A stretch of 64,000 nt of DNA from a virus. Taxonomy: Duplodnaviria; Caudoviricetes. A model generated the notes under the pieces. The model had not been told where the DNA came from. It searched no databases and saw only the letters and a program-made list of their open reading frames with translations. The stretch lies in the IMG/VR virus record IMGVR_UViG_3300013382_000004, one strand, 5' to 3'. Each line of letters begins with the position of its first letter. The stretch's first letter is position 1. A program made the translations under genes and the position numbers. Below are positions 23,981 to 37,100 of this stretch, piece by piece.

Positions 23981-25301
23981 TTATTCTACTGTAATATTAT
24001 TTTCAGTACAGTAATCTTTCAAATCATCGAGAATAAGCAAAAGCATATCCAATTGAGATTCATCGCAATCTTTTACACTCTTACCCTTTCCAAGATATTC
24101 TGCAATAATCTTCTTATACTCTGTACTACCAGTATTATGAATAGCCTTTACATAACTACCAATTTCAGCAATAAGCTCATCAACGCTCTTCTTTTCATCT
24201 TCGGTTACTTCGTTATCCTTAAAGAGATTAACCTCATTATCAACAACTGTAGCACCGTGAGCCTTTTGTTCATCAATAGCCTTTGCCATGTCATCACGCA
24301 ATGCTTCATAAGTAAATGGAATGCATTCAGACATATAAGGGCTACGAGAACCAGCCTCAAGATGTTTGTTACCTCTCATCGTAAGCATGGAATGAACATT
24401 ACCTTGTTCATCAGTTTCGTAAGAAGCATAACCAGTTACGTCAACAAGACGAGAAACGACAAGGAATCCACGGTCAGGTACAGTAGGAATAGTCTTATCA
24501 TACTTTTCACCGTTTTCCTTAATCTGTTTAGTAGTAGCATGAGAAATACAAATCAAAGTATAACCAGCTTTAACAATCTCTTGGAAAAATTTATCATATT
24601 CACGAGACAAAGCACGATAACCACGCATCTTTTCAGTCTCGTCAAGATAATCTACACCTTCTTTGTCTACGATATACTTTTCACAAAGGTCGTAGGCAAT
24701 ATCAATAGTATCGACAATTACCGTTTTAAAGATTGTTTCTCTATTTTCCTTTTCAGCCGCTTCTGCATCTTTAAGCAACTGCTTCTTTACTTCAAGAGCT
24801 TCTTTCCAAGTGTTAATTGGCTGTGCAATAATGCCATCCAAAAAACCATAGCCCTTTTCGAAACCGAGCAAAATAGGCTTTGGGAATTTACAAGCGTTTG
24901 TAGTTTTCATTGTTATTATCTGTAAGCTTTTTATCTTACACTCTGGAGCTTTCGCTCATTTTCATCAATCTGTCAATTCAGATTCAGTTTGGCGTACTTT
25001 TTCAACCTTATACGAGATAAGGTGTTGCGGACTCTTGGTAATATTATATTCTTTAATCAAAGGTTCAATTACTACGCTCTGCCCCTGTTTATCATTTTAA
25101 TAATAAACTTCGGTTCGAGTTAACATAATTATTACAAATTAAGTCTTCTCGCTTAATTCCGCAATTTCGTCAATTGTCTTACAACAAAGGGTGGCAAAAC
25201 ACTACGCTACCACTTTTTCTTTCTCCATAAATGAGAAAACTCTTACCACTAAGGTCACGAGTGACCACATTAGGCTTAATGCTAAAAATATCAATACCCA
25301 T
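23981..25301 (-). CDS. Sak4-like AAA_24 ATPase/recombinase; exons 25301-25209 and 24907-23981
   Basis: Spliced IYGERKSG|KTT, FEKG, IVDTID, ISH, AGSR; near SSB. Confidence 0.82.
24908..25208 (-). mobile_element. ORF-less group I intron (301 nt) in the Walker A motif
   Basis: GGT|...G|AAA junction; GCGGAATTAAGCGAGAA, CTCGAACCGAAG, GCAGAGCGTAG / AAGTACGCC; 3' end resembles the dnaB intron. Confidence 0.88.
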
Positions 25302-26095
25302 TATTTAAATGTCTCCTTATTATATTCTTTTAATTTTAAATAACTCTCATATTTTCTTGTTAAACGTATATCATCTGTAGAATCTTTATACAATTTATCT
25401 AAATATTCTTCACATAAAAACCTTCCACTACAACCAAAGTTCCAAGCATTTGCTCTTTTAACTTTAGTGACTTTAGATTCAGATTTTCCATTACTTAAAT
25501 AAAATTGAATTTGTTTTAAAAAAGCTTCTTATCCAACAAAATCTATCCTGTAATGATGTTCTGATACAACAAAAGAAATACTTCCGTCTCCATCAAAATA
25601 TCCGCGAATAAAGTGAAAAATATAATTTTCTCCTATGTTTGGAACACGGTCAATTTTTAAAGACTTCTAAGGAACACAACCCCATTTTCTTAAGTCTTCT
25701 ACCATTTGTTCACTTTTCACTTGAAAACAATAAGTTGTACAAACAGGAGTGAATCTTTTATCTTCTCTTACCCTAATTGAATATCCCTCTGTAGATATTG
25801 CCGTTTTAAATTTTTTTACATGGTCTAAATCTTTTAATTCTAAGCAAACTTTGTTGGCATGAACACAACCGTCTGCATATAAAAAACCTAACCAATAAGC
25901 CTTTGCAAAACTATCAATCTAATTAAAATACAGATGATTTACAGAGTATAAATCTGTATAAGTTCTTGTAGAGTAGCCAAAAGATTCTAATGCTTTTTTA
26001 ATTTCATCCCTTGTAACTTTTAACTACTCTTGAATTTCTCTTACAGATTTTTTCTCTTTTTTAAATAATTTAACAATTTCTTCTTCCTATCTCAT
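25301..26095 (-). pseudogene. Free-standing LAGLIDADG endonuclease with an internal TAA
   Basis: KAYWLGFLYADG and FIRGYFDGDG; in-frame TAA at 25529-25531, homologous frame continues to LTRKY. Confidence 0.75.
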
Positions 26096-26098
26096 TTG

Positions 26099-27046
26099 TT
26101 AGAAAGGAATGTCCGAGTCATCATCAATAACAGGAGACATCTTTCCAGAACCCTTCTTACCAAAGCCTGTAGGTGCAGAAGAATTACTACTACCCTTAGA
26201 ACCCTGATATCCAGCTTCCTCAAGTTCCTTTAAACGACTTGCTCTCTCATTGAGCATAGCTTTACACATCTGAGGAGTGATAATCATATCTTCCTGCTCA
26301 TCTTCATCATAAGCAATATCACCACCAGTAAGAACCATTTCAAGATAGCTCTTACCCTCAGTTACTCTCTGCTGACCAAAACCCTTGGTCTTAGGCTTTG
26401 CTTCGCCCTTTTCATTAGGCTTCCAGCTAACATACATCTTAGCAGTAGCTCCCTTGACATAACCGTTATCTTCAAGAGCATCCACAAAATCCTTTGGGAT
26501 AATAATGTTCTTAATATCAAGAGCGTTATGATAAAAATCCATGCTAATAAGATTTAAACGCTTTCTACCAGTAGGCTTCTTATCATCTTCAGGACCACGC
26601 TCTTCATCTGTAATACTCTTAATATATCCTTCAATATCAAGGTCGCAAGCAAACTTTTCAAAATCATTAAAGAATTGCATAGAAGCGACAGTGCCCTCAT
26701 GAAGCTGTTCATCAGAACCTACATAATCATTTGCACTAAGAGAACCAACAAGTCTTACCATAGTAGCATTTTCCTTGTCTTTGGTCATAGGAACTGCTTT
26801 CTTAACCCAGTCAAGAACCTTTTCATAGTTCTCACTATCTGTACCATCAGCCTTCTTAGCCTTAATGAAAGAAGTGAAAGAACGAGTCATTACACTGTCT
26901 TCGCCACACTGAATTTGTCCACGAATACGAATGTAATCAACACCATTCTTATCTACGCCCTACTTAGACTCAATATCAGCGAGATAACCCGCAAGAGTCA
27001 CACTATTTGTCAATCTACGAATCTGGTCAGTATTTTTTGTAGCCAT
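26099..27046 (-). CDS. Single-stranded DNA-binding protein-like (315 aa, one TAG)
   Basis: N-terminal NSVTLAG, Gly/Ser linker and acidic DDDSDIPF tail. Confidence 0.75.
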
Positions 27047-27081
27047 TATTTTTGTACTCCTTTAATTTTGTCTTTTAATTT

Positions 27082-27261
27082 TTAGTCTTCGTTTTCATTG
27101 TCATTATCGTCATCGTCAATAGACTTGTAATCATTACAAGCATCAAACGTTAAAGTTACACCCAAATCTCTTCGAGCATCTTCAAGGAAAGGCTTAAGCT
27201 TTGCATACGCCGAGCACTTTACCAAAAAACGACAATCTTCACACGCAAGATTATTAACCAT
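27082..27261 (-). CDS. Small Cys-containing protein with acidic tail (59 aa)
   Basis: RBS plus MVNNLACEDCRFLVKC...CNDY...; first gene after the promoter at 27312-27340. Confidence 0.65.
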   Translation of the reverse strand: MVNNLACEDCRFLVKCSAYAKLKPFLEDARRDLGVTLTFDACNDYKSIDDDDNDNENED

Positions 27262-27311
27262 TGTACTATCTCCTAATTATTCAAAAATCAACCTACCTTG
27301 GTTGTGAATAA

Positions 27312-27340
27312 AATATAACACAACTTTGCTATCTTGTCAA
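27312..27340 (-). promoter_or_regulatory. sigma-70/A-type promoter heading the replication operon
   Basis: TTGACA-17 nt-TATATT with TG extension. Confidence 0.75.
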
Positions 27341-27361
27341 GCACTTCTGAAAAAAATTTTT

Positions 27362-27694
27362 TTAATCGGTCAATCCATTGTCATCAGCGCCAAAACGCCT
27401 TGTCGTTCCATGTTTTGCCATAACCCAGCAATTGTTAAAGCTTCCCTTTTTAAGCATTATCTCTACAGAATCTCCTTCTCTTAACTCAAAAGGAGTTTGA
27501 TTCTAAATTCTCGTAAATTCCGTTTCAGGCTCCCGAGGTAAAATTACATCTACTGTACCATCACTATTTACATTAGTCACTGTGGCACTTTCAATTCTCG
27601 GCGAGGTTCTTTTTATTTCTGCCGTGACACACTAAAGTATTCTATTTAGCATTTCATCAGCATATTGGTCATAATTATTATTTTTATCTATCAT
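27362..27694 (-). CDS. Small tail/baseplate spike-like OB-fold protein (110 aa, TAG=Gln)
   Basis: ATVTNVNSDGTVDVILP...LREGDSVEI; missing from the ORF track because of two TAGs. Confidence 0.6.
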
Positions 27695-27697
27695 ATG

Positions 27698-28939
27698 TCA
27701 CCATCTTATTTTCTCTCCTTGACTTTCTTTGTCTGAAGTATTAGAGGGTAAGTCAGAAGTATTGCAACAACTTAATGATATTTTACCATCTTTACTATTG
27801 TAAGAAATAGAAGTAATTAACAACTTTTCTCTTTGTAAAGACAAAAATTCATCTTCAACTTCGCATAAATTATTTACTGTTAATATTGGATTAAAGCTAA
27901 CTGAAACAGAAAATTGAACTCCAACAAAACTTGATTTTCTTAAATAATAATTTGCTAAATCTAAAGCTAAATCATCACTCCACACCTAAGAAGATGTATA
28001 GGGAGCATCCATGCGCCTTCCAATACGCTCTACACAAATAGGAGAAGAGGGGTTGTTATTTGTAACCGTAGCGGTATAAATAGTAGAATCCACACTATCC
28101 CCTACCACCTTTACACAATTAATAATTTGTTCATTTTGATATTGTAAATCCATATTATGCAAATCTCTGCTAAATTTTGGATAAGTCCAAATAATAGGTT
28201 TGACCGAGTCATCAACTGTTTCATTAATTGGATAGAAACATAAATTCCCCACTGTATTGTAATAATATTCGGCAGACAACTGCGTTGCCAAAGCATCTAA
28301 AATTGAGCCCAATGTTTCTCCCTGTTCGGCTCTAATGGTCTGTTGTGTTTTCAAACCAATAAAACTGGGGTCAAAAATGGGCTCTTTATAATCCAAAATA
28401 TAGCCATTGCCTAAAGAGAAATTTAAAACCCCTTTTACAGCATCAATAATATTGCTCCCCAATTCTACTTCATATGCAGTTTCAAGAGTACCAGTTTTAC
28501 CTTCAAAAACAGCGTACTTGTCTGACAGTTGTAATTGAATTGTTTTACTGGAATTTTCTCTGGTTAAGCTAACATCTCCTAAAATATATATGCCCTTAGG
28601 AAACCAAATAATAGTATCTTGATATTTAATTCCAACATCAAAACTAAATCTTGTATTTACCCAAATGCCATCAATATTAGGAGTGTATCTTCCATCTTCA
28701 TTGGCTAACGTAACGGTAATACTTCTTCTCTATCCATTCTAATAAGATTCAGTATAATTTAATCCGTCTAAAGTAATATCTCCTTCTGGAATAATGTATG
28801 ATACCTATTCATCAGGAGTGAGTACAGACAAACGATAACAAGGTTGTATAACAGGACGCTCCAAAATCTTTTTTAAAGTATTGAAAGGAATAGCATTTTC
28901 ATCTCTTAACAACACATCTCCAAAAATATTATCAGCCAT
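27698..28939 (-). CDS. Tail/baseplate hub-like protein (413 aa, TAG=Gln)
   Basis: Track fragments 27698-27985 and 27986-28462 join in frame to ATG28939; WFPKGIY, YYNTVGNL, INCVKVVG. Confidence 0.65.
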
Positions 28940-28948
28940 GTTTCCTCC

Positions 28949-29968
28949 TTATCTAGCACTGGAAACAATAGATATGGAATTTACGTCTAAAGCTTCTTGC
29001 CAAGAAAAGGTAATTGTAGTCTACATAAGATTGGACTGCAAATTCATGTTATAAGTGGGAGAAGAGGTTATTTGTACAACCCAAGAATTTCCTTTATAAT
29101 CCTTTAACAATTTTAAATTACCGTTATTTATAAAAGTGCGCCAAGCGTCATATTTTTCTACTTCACGAGAATACATGTCATCTTTATTAATACGTTCTGT
29201 ATATCCATCGGCGGTTTTAATCTTAAATGTTGTAACAGTTGAACCATTTTCGGTTGCAGTTACAGGCTCTGTTTCTTTATATTCGGTAATATCTCCTAAC
29301 AAACAGGTAACAGAAGAACTCATATAATCTTTTGTGCCAATTGAATATTTAGGAAATTGACCCAAAGTATCCCAAGTTGTCACACTATTATTTTGAGTCA
29401 ACTCTCCATTATCCATATTATAACGTAATTTCCAAATATCGCCTGTTTTAACATAAAGCCGCTCTGTTTCTGTTTCTTCTATATCACAAATTGTCCAAAA
29501 ATCCCATTTTGTAGCAATATAAGCTGGCGAAGAAGTGCCGTCCGCATTGGCAATATTATCTTCATACATTTTATAAGAACCGCTACTTTGACGATATGCA
29601 ACTAAATAATGATAAAAAGCATTAGCTTTTATGTTGTAATCTAACATACTATAATTGCCATACATATCACAAATATATGTATAAAAAGTATCTTCTGGTG
29701 CTTTCTTATATACAGAAAGAGCGCCATTAGAGCCAAGTAAACTTTGGAAATAATAAGCCAAAATTGAAGTACCCGTACCCTAATCCTTCAAGTTAAATTT
29801 GTTATATAAAATTAAATCGGAGGACAAAGGCGAAGAATAAGGATTAGCTTTTAATTTAGCAGTAACTTCTTTACGAATAGTATCAGGAGATTTTGTAATA
29901 TCAGTATCAACACCAACATCACGAATTTCTAACCGTGGTGCATAATAAATATAGCTATTAATATTCAT
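28949..29968 (-). CDS. Distal tail-like structural protein (339 aa, TAG=Gln)
   Basis: Fragments 29780-29968 and 29021-29761 in one frame ending TAA28949; KLLKDYKGNSWVV. Confidence 0.65.
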
Positions 29969-29985
29969 TAATTATCCTCCTTTCT

Positions 29986-32900
29986 TTATTCTGTAACTAA
30001 AACGATAGAACAATTAACAGGAACTTCTTTAGAATTATCCACCGTTAAATTAAAGTCAAACCATCTCTAAGCAATCTAAGCCATATTAGTTTGCTTAACA
30101 GCTTGAGAGTCAGGCATCCAAATATAATCTGATTCTTCTTTGCCTGTACCATTTTTAGGACCCCAACGATATTTAACAGGCCCGCTAACTGTACCGCCAG
30201 TTGGGTCGCTTGCAATAATCTTACCATCACCAATTTTATCAAGTTCAGTATAAGTATTACTAATATAATTATAAGCGGTATAAGTTAAAGAATCAAGGTC
30301 AGAATCAGAAAGCAAAATAGAAATTCCACCTTCGATAGTTAATTTCTTATCAGAAGTGTAAGTTAAAATTTTCTTTTTATCTATTAATGTCGTTGTACCA
30401 TTCATCACTGAAAGATATACATAAGAAGTCTTTGGCACTAAAGGATTAGTTGTGCCATCAATCGTTCTAATCTTGGTAAAACGACTTGTTACTGAACTAT
30501 AAGTATAAGCAATATAACCATAAATAGTTCCAGTATACCCAAAAGATTTAGCTAAAGTCATTACATTACCAGTATAAGATTCAACTTGAATTCTTACAAC
30601 TGTACCAGTATCATCTGTATATTCAGTCGTAGTATCTCCTTCAATAGTTAAGAAACTCACATAAACATTCGAATAATCATTAAAAGCTGTGACTAAATTT
30701 TCATCGTAATTTGTAGTTGTAAATATTTTATTATCAGCAGTTGCATTTACTGCATCAGCTAAAGTGGTATCATATTCATTAGTTGCAATAGAAGTATAAG
30801 TTTGGCTACCACTTGTAGCTTCACCTTCAGTTAAGTCTTTATCAATTACAACATCAATAGCTTTACCACTTTCATCTTTATAATCACCACTTTCATCAAG
30901 ATATAAATATTCAGTATCGACCTAAAGAATCCAGTCAGCAGAACCGTCTGAATTAACAACATATTTATATTGACCAACATAATAAGTCTTTGCCTCTTTC
31001 CCAAAAGGAGCAAAAACAATATCCTTGGTTAAAATATAAATCATATTCTAATCCATATAATCAGGTTCTTCTTTAAATTCTTCAACCAACATATACTTCA
31101 AAGTCGTTTTTGTGGAATCTACATACTTATATTGAAGGGCAAAACCGAACTTATCAGGAGTAGTAAGATTGCTCAACATGCCTTGAATATCGTAACTGGT
31201 AGATTTACCATTTTCAAAACAAGCCAAAGGTTCGTCAGAACCGTTCTTAAATACTTGCATTTTAAGCATATTAGGATTCTTACGAATAATCTTATTTTCT
31301 TCGTCAACCATCAACAAATCCAATCCACCAACTTTAACAGTGTATACATCTCCACCAAGAGAAATATCACCTTGGGTTGAAGAGGGAAGTGGAATATAAT
31401 TATTTGTAGATTTAAGAGTGTATGCTTTATAATTAAGATTATTATAACTATCACTCTTCAAACTACTTTCAATAACAAGTTCTCCTGTTTCTTTGTCATA
31501 AGAAAGCAACCTCTTATATTCATCAGCAGAATTTTCATCTGAGAAAATAGAAAGATAAATTGAACGTCTATCAAGCTATCCATTATTTAAAGAAGCAGAG
31601 GAGCCAATTTCATCTTTAGTAACCTTATCATAATAAACATAATGGTCAAAAGATGCAATTAAAGTATCAATCTTTTCTTCTACAACAATTTTAGTAGAAG
31701 ACATTGTATAACTACTTAAAGTATAATATACGACATTCCCACTTGCATCTTTAATTGGAGTATTTTCATCAGAATACAAAACAATAGAAATTCCATCTGG
31801 ATAAAGAGGAATTGCATCTAAAAGAGCTTGGTTGTCTTGTCTCGTATACAAAGTAGAATAAAGTTCATTATAAAGAACTGTATCTACTTCACTTAAATAA
31901 AATTGCGTATAACTTGCATGAGCAATTTCCATCAAAGTCTTCAATTCAGTTCCAGTAATATTATTAAAGAAACCAACTTTGTTGTCAGAAGTCACATAAG
32001 GGAACCTAAAACGAGTAAAGAAAGAGAATACTTCTGGAATCTGAATGGGCGTATTATTTGCGTCTGCAACCTGAGTATAATTTAATACTCTACCAGAAGT
32101 TGTGTCAACATAATAATATTTTGAATTGCTACTCAAATACACATCATTGGAAGTAACTGTCTTTTCTGTCTCTCTATCGGTAGAGATAACATAAACAGGA
32201 CTAACTACTTCAAGTTTAATAGCTTGTTCATCACAAATCAAAGAGTTAGCAAGAGGGACAACAGAACTATAAACTGCATATTCAATATAAAAAGTATCTT
32301 CTTCGCTATATGCTTTACCATATTTATCGTGAATAGTTATTCTAACTTTATAGAAATTATTCGTTTCAAAGCCCTTAAAATCCCATTCGAGGGAAGAATC
32401 GTAAATATCATCAGATTCAGAAATTAAAGTTTCATTATTATAATTATCAATCGAATACAAATAATAATGATAATACTTAATTTCAACATTATTTACAGAT
32501 TCCCACGTCCCCAAAAAAGCGACATCTCTCCATGGTGCAGGAACAGATTGGTCGATATCTATATAAGGAACAGATTCTAAATCTAATTCACGATAATCTT
32601 TATATTTAATTCCTAATGTCGGCGCTTGCCTTGCGTACAAAACAGCATTAGGAATAGAATCCATAAAGTCAGTATAAACTGTGTAATCAGTTTGAGGAAC
32701 AATAATTTGTTGAATATCGCCAGTACTTTGTGTAGCAATAGTACAGTTATTTTTCAATAACCATTGAGTATTATCAAGCTTATTAAAAGTAATATCAGTT
32801 TTCTTTCCAGCAACATATTGTCCCAACTCACTAATTTTTTGCTTAACATTTAAACGAACTCCATTTTCCCATACAATTTGAGGAGGATTTTTTGCATCCG

Positions 32901-34005
32901 ACTTAATATTAATATTAGGCTAGACAAAAATTTGATGGTCTTTATCACTATTCCAATAAGAGGTCATTATTTTAAAATAAGGACTAGTAATAGCTGCTCC
33001 GCCAACTTTTCTTTCAGCAGAGCTATGATAAGTTTTTTGACTGAAAGTGTTAGAACTGGAAGTTAAATCTTTTGTCCAGAGTTTATAAGTATCACCATTT
33101 TCAGGTACAGTCGTAAACCCCTCTTGCAACCTGATTTCTCCAGTTTCTTGACCATACCCAATAATTTTTCTTTTTTCACCATCATTGGAATTTAAAGAAA
33201 TATAGTTTCCCAATTCGATATCATCATTAGGTTCTACATAAAAATTTGTTAACGTGTGCTAATCGGAAACATTGTATAATGTAAAAGTTTTACCGTTTGT
33301 ATAATTATATGTGAAAGATTCGGTTAGTTCAATTTTTATAACATCTTTATCCCAGCCCAAATCTGTATAAACCCAGTTGATTTGTCTACGTTCTCTATAA
33401 GGCCATGTAGTAGGATAGGCTAAATCGTCTTCGTTTGGAAGAGTGATATTCATCATACCATCATTTTTACTTGAAGCACTAATTTCTATCCATCTATCAT
33501 ATTTAAGCTAATCCTTAACCTTCTTTTTTTCAGAATCACTTAAATTTTTATCAAGATTGACCCAAATTACAGAAGTTGTAGACCCGACAGTAAAACCAGA
33601 ACAAACCAAAGTTGTGGGGTCTTCCTCTGCCGTTCTTGGAGAATGGTTTTCATACATTCTAATATTCCACTGATAATCTTTTCCATTACTTAAAGATTGG
33701 TCTTCTTCGCATTGAGCCGTAACCGACAAACCCTTTTTCCCCTCTTCTTGAAACGTAACATAATTGCCAGTCTAATCCACTTTTAAATTCAAAGAAAGCT
33801 GCTCTTTGTTCCTAATTTCCTATCCAAGTGCTTGAGAAGGCTAATTAAGGATTGTCGTAGCACCGTCTCCTGACAAAATATTGACAGAATACGCTTTTAC
33901 GGACGTTCCAAGGGTGTTAACTTGGGCCTAAAACGGGTTCCGAGAGGTGGATAAAATATCTATTTCATTTAAGTTCGGACTCAGCGATGATGCCTTGTAT
34001 ATCAT
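29986..34005 (-). CDS. Large tail structural protein (1,339 aa, TAG=Gln)
   Basis: Six track fragments share one frame from ATG34005 to TAA29986; beta-rich, FN3-like segment (YHYYLY...GFETNNFYKVRITI). Confidence 0.75.
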
Positions 34006-34097
34006 TTTCTTTTAACTCCTTTCATTATATTTTTAACTAAGGGATGAGGTGTGGCGAGTTTTTGTTCCACACCACACCCCTTTTTTTTCATGCTCTT

Positions 34098-34126
34098 ATT
34101 ATAAGCTATTCTTATTTAATTGTCAA
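34098..34126 (-). promoter_or_regulatory. sigma-70/A-type promoter
   Basis: TTGACA-17 nt-TATAAT. Confidence 0.7.
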
Positions 34127-34191
34127 TAAATTTCCCCCAATTTTTTACCCTCTTTTTTGAGAATTTTATTTGGATTCAAATCATTTTAAAA

Positions 34192-37100
34192 TTATCCTCT
34201 GCTCTTTCGAGTTACATTCCATCTGGAACCCATTGCGGTTGTTACTCCACTCCAGAACTTAGCAGGGTCATTTACTCCTTCAAGCACAACATCGCCCTGA
34301 ACAATATATTGTGTACCACAATTATTATCAGTTCCAGTACGCTCCATTTCAGGAAGTCTCGTGGTTGCCATATTGCGTAACAAATTATAAGCTTGGTCAT
34401 TATTTAAAACATACTCAGGCTTAGAAGGTGTACCATGCAACATTGCAAGTCCTGTATAAGTTACTGGTCCTTCTTCAAGTCCAGAGGCATAACGTGAAAC
34501 TCTATTAGAATTGCTTCCTCCGCCTCCAAGAGAACCTCCACTGGACTAATTTCGTTTAGCCAACCATTGTAGTTTAAGCGTTTCATTCAAAGGTACTTGG
34601 GAAGTTCCGTATAATTTCCTTAACGTTGGGTCGCTATCAATTTTATCTTTACGTAATTTAGCGTAATACTCAAATTCCGCAGGTGTTTTAGCAGCCAACA
34701 TCAATTTACCGTAATCTTCTTTACCATAATTAACCGAAGAAGAGCTGGAACTGGAAGAACTACTCGAATTATTCTTGTTAGAACTAGTCGAACCAGAAGA
34801 GCTTCCTTTGTTTGAATTGCTATAATTATAGTTGGAATTGGAATTAGAAGAAGAATTACTCTTACCCTGATTTGCTAACCACTCTTGATAAATTTCAGCA
34901 TTGCTTTTTATTCTGTACGCATTACCCGCGCCATCATAACCAATACCATTACCACTAATATCTGTGTTCTGTCTACGAGCTTTTTCAGCACGATAAGCCG
35001 CCCACTTATTAAATTCAGTTTCACTTCTAGCGGCTAACATCTTGGCATGATAATCTTCATTTTCATCAAGGTCGGAAAAATCATAAGTATTTAAATCATC
35101 TTCATCATAATAACCATCAGGGGTATCATTCTTGTCATAGAAATCAGAGGTATCTAATAATTCAAGCCTCTGTCTGCGTAATTCTGCTAATTGTTCATTA
35201 GCTTGACGATAAGGCGTAAGCAAGTTGTCTTGGAAAATCGTAGTATAATTCTTATAGTTCTATTGAATATTAGAATTAAACTTCTCCATATCTGCGGTGA
35301 TACGAGCGCGAATCTCTTCTTCAGAGTTCGCGTTCATAAGCTCTTTTAGGATACGTTCATTTTCAAGACGCTCATATTCCTTATAGTCCCATTCAAGTTG
35401 TTCAAGATATTTATCCCAAGCGTCTATACGGTCTTGGAGAATTTGTTGCTCTGCATCTTTTGTGTTATTGAGGTCATCAAGGCGGTCTTGTTTATAGAAA
35501 TCGTCGATATCCTTCTAAGCTTCACGTAACTTAGTAGGATTGGATTCGTATACCCAACCTATCGAATCTGTTACTTTTGTGACCATAATTAAAATTATGG
35601 CGGCAAGGTATTTCTGCCTTACTCTCGTGTTTCATTTTTAGATTATAGCACGAGTCCAGACTGTATATTATATTATTTAATAATATTATTTAAATAACAC
35701 GATAGCTGAACTCAACATGTTACCATATTAAGTATGACAGTCGTTCGAGTTTCTGTTAAAATTATTAAAAAAATCATCCAAAATTTCAGTAAGCCTTTTT
35801 TTATCCTTGTAAGAAATTTCTAAGAGACAAATTCCTTTTTGCTAACAATATTCTTTCTTTATTTTATCCCTCTTTTGTCCATCTTCAAATCTTTTTGCAG
35901 CTTTCTATTTAGATTCTTCTGTAGGAGTATAAGAAAAATCTACTGGTTTATAATGTTGTTCTCCCTAATATTCTATACATACATTATAGTCTAACAAATA
36001 AAAATCAAATGGAAGAAGCTATTTATATCTACAATCATCAAAGCGTTTCTGCGGGGTAAAATTTATATTATGGTCTTCTAAATAAGTGTAAATAATACTT
36101 TCCCCGATAGATAGCTTACAAAAATGGCACCCTGTTTGCAAAGTTGTAAATTTGTCTGCTTTTGTAGTAGTTAATCTACCACAAACTTTACAACGACAAG
36201 TTACATCTTCTTTTATGCCATTATATTCTCCAACCACTTCCAAAGAAGGATTAACTTTAGCCAATTTTTCTTCATACCATTTTTTATCTTTTATAAAGCA
36301 TTCTCTTAATTTTCTTTTTTTACATTCTGGACAACCTTCTCCTCTTTTTATTTTATTTGGCCTTGCAGAAAAAACGTGCCGATATTTACAAACGAATTCT
36401 GTTTTTTCGGTATCATTTTTATATTTGCCATAAAGTTTAACTTCTTTATCTGCAATATCTTCTATAAAATCTTCTTCAGTATAATATTTTAATCTGCATC
36501 CACAACTTCTTGCATATAAAAAGCTATATGCGGGAGAAACTCTATCAGGTTTATTGGGATGATTTAGGCAATGAAAAATTACCACTCTTTGATTTTTCTC
36601 ATTTTTCTTTGTTCTAACAATTTCAACATTTAAAAATTTAGCTTGTTCTAAATACTTATCTGTTAGTTTCCATTCGAGTTTATTTTCTTCTTTATTTTCT
36701 TTCATTTTATCCTCCTTTCTTTATTAATACATAATAATTTTAACAGTCTTACTTCGGTCTCGGCCTTCTCAGGCTATTAACCGATATAGCTATCTTTTAC
36801 GAGGGCATTGGTGTTCACCCTCACGGTATACTCTCTCCTTCTCTTTATTGGCGTTCTTTTTAGCCAAAAGAAGATTTTCAAGTTCTATTGCCCTTTCGCG
36901 CTCTTTATTAGCATCTTCCAAAGGCTTTATTTCATCTTCATAAGCGTCTTCAATAGCATCAATAGCATCTTGCAGTTCTTCCTTATAAAGATTAATTCTA
37001 TAAACAATTGCGTCATATTGCTTTTCTTGAAGCTCAGTCTTGTCTTCCAAAGCATTAATTTCAGCTTCATGCAAAGCGACTGTAGCTTCATTTAAACCAT

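Noticed and set aside
24053-24925. Long plus-strand ORFs (also 57867-58469, 60500-60961, 40121-40534)
   Set aside because: Antisense shadows of codon-biased minus-strand genes, with no recognisable motifs or RBS
25529-25531. TAA readthrough
   Set aside because: Single case; TAA is the dominant stop codon in the window
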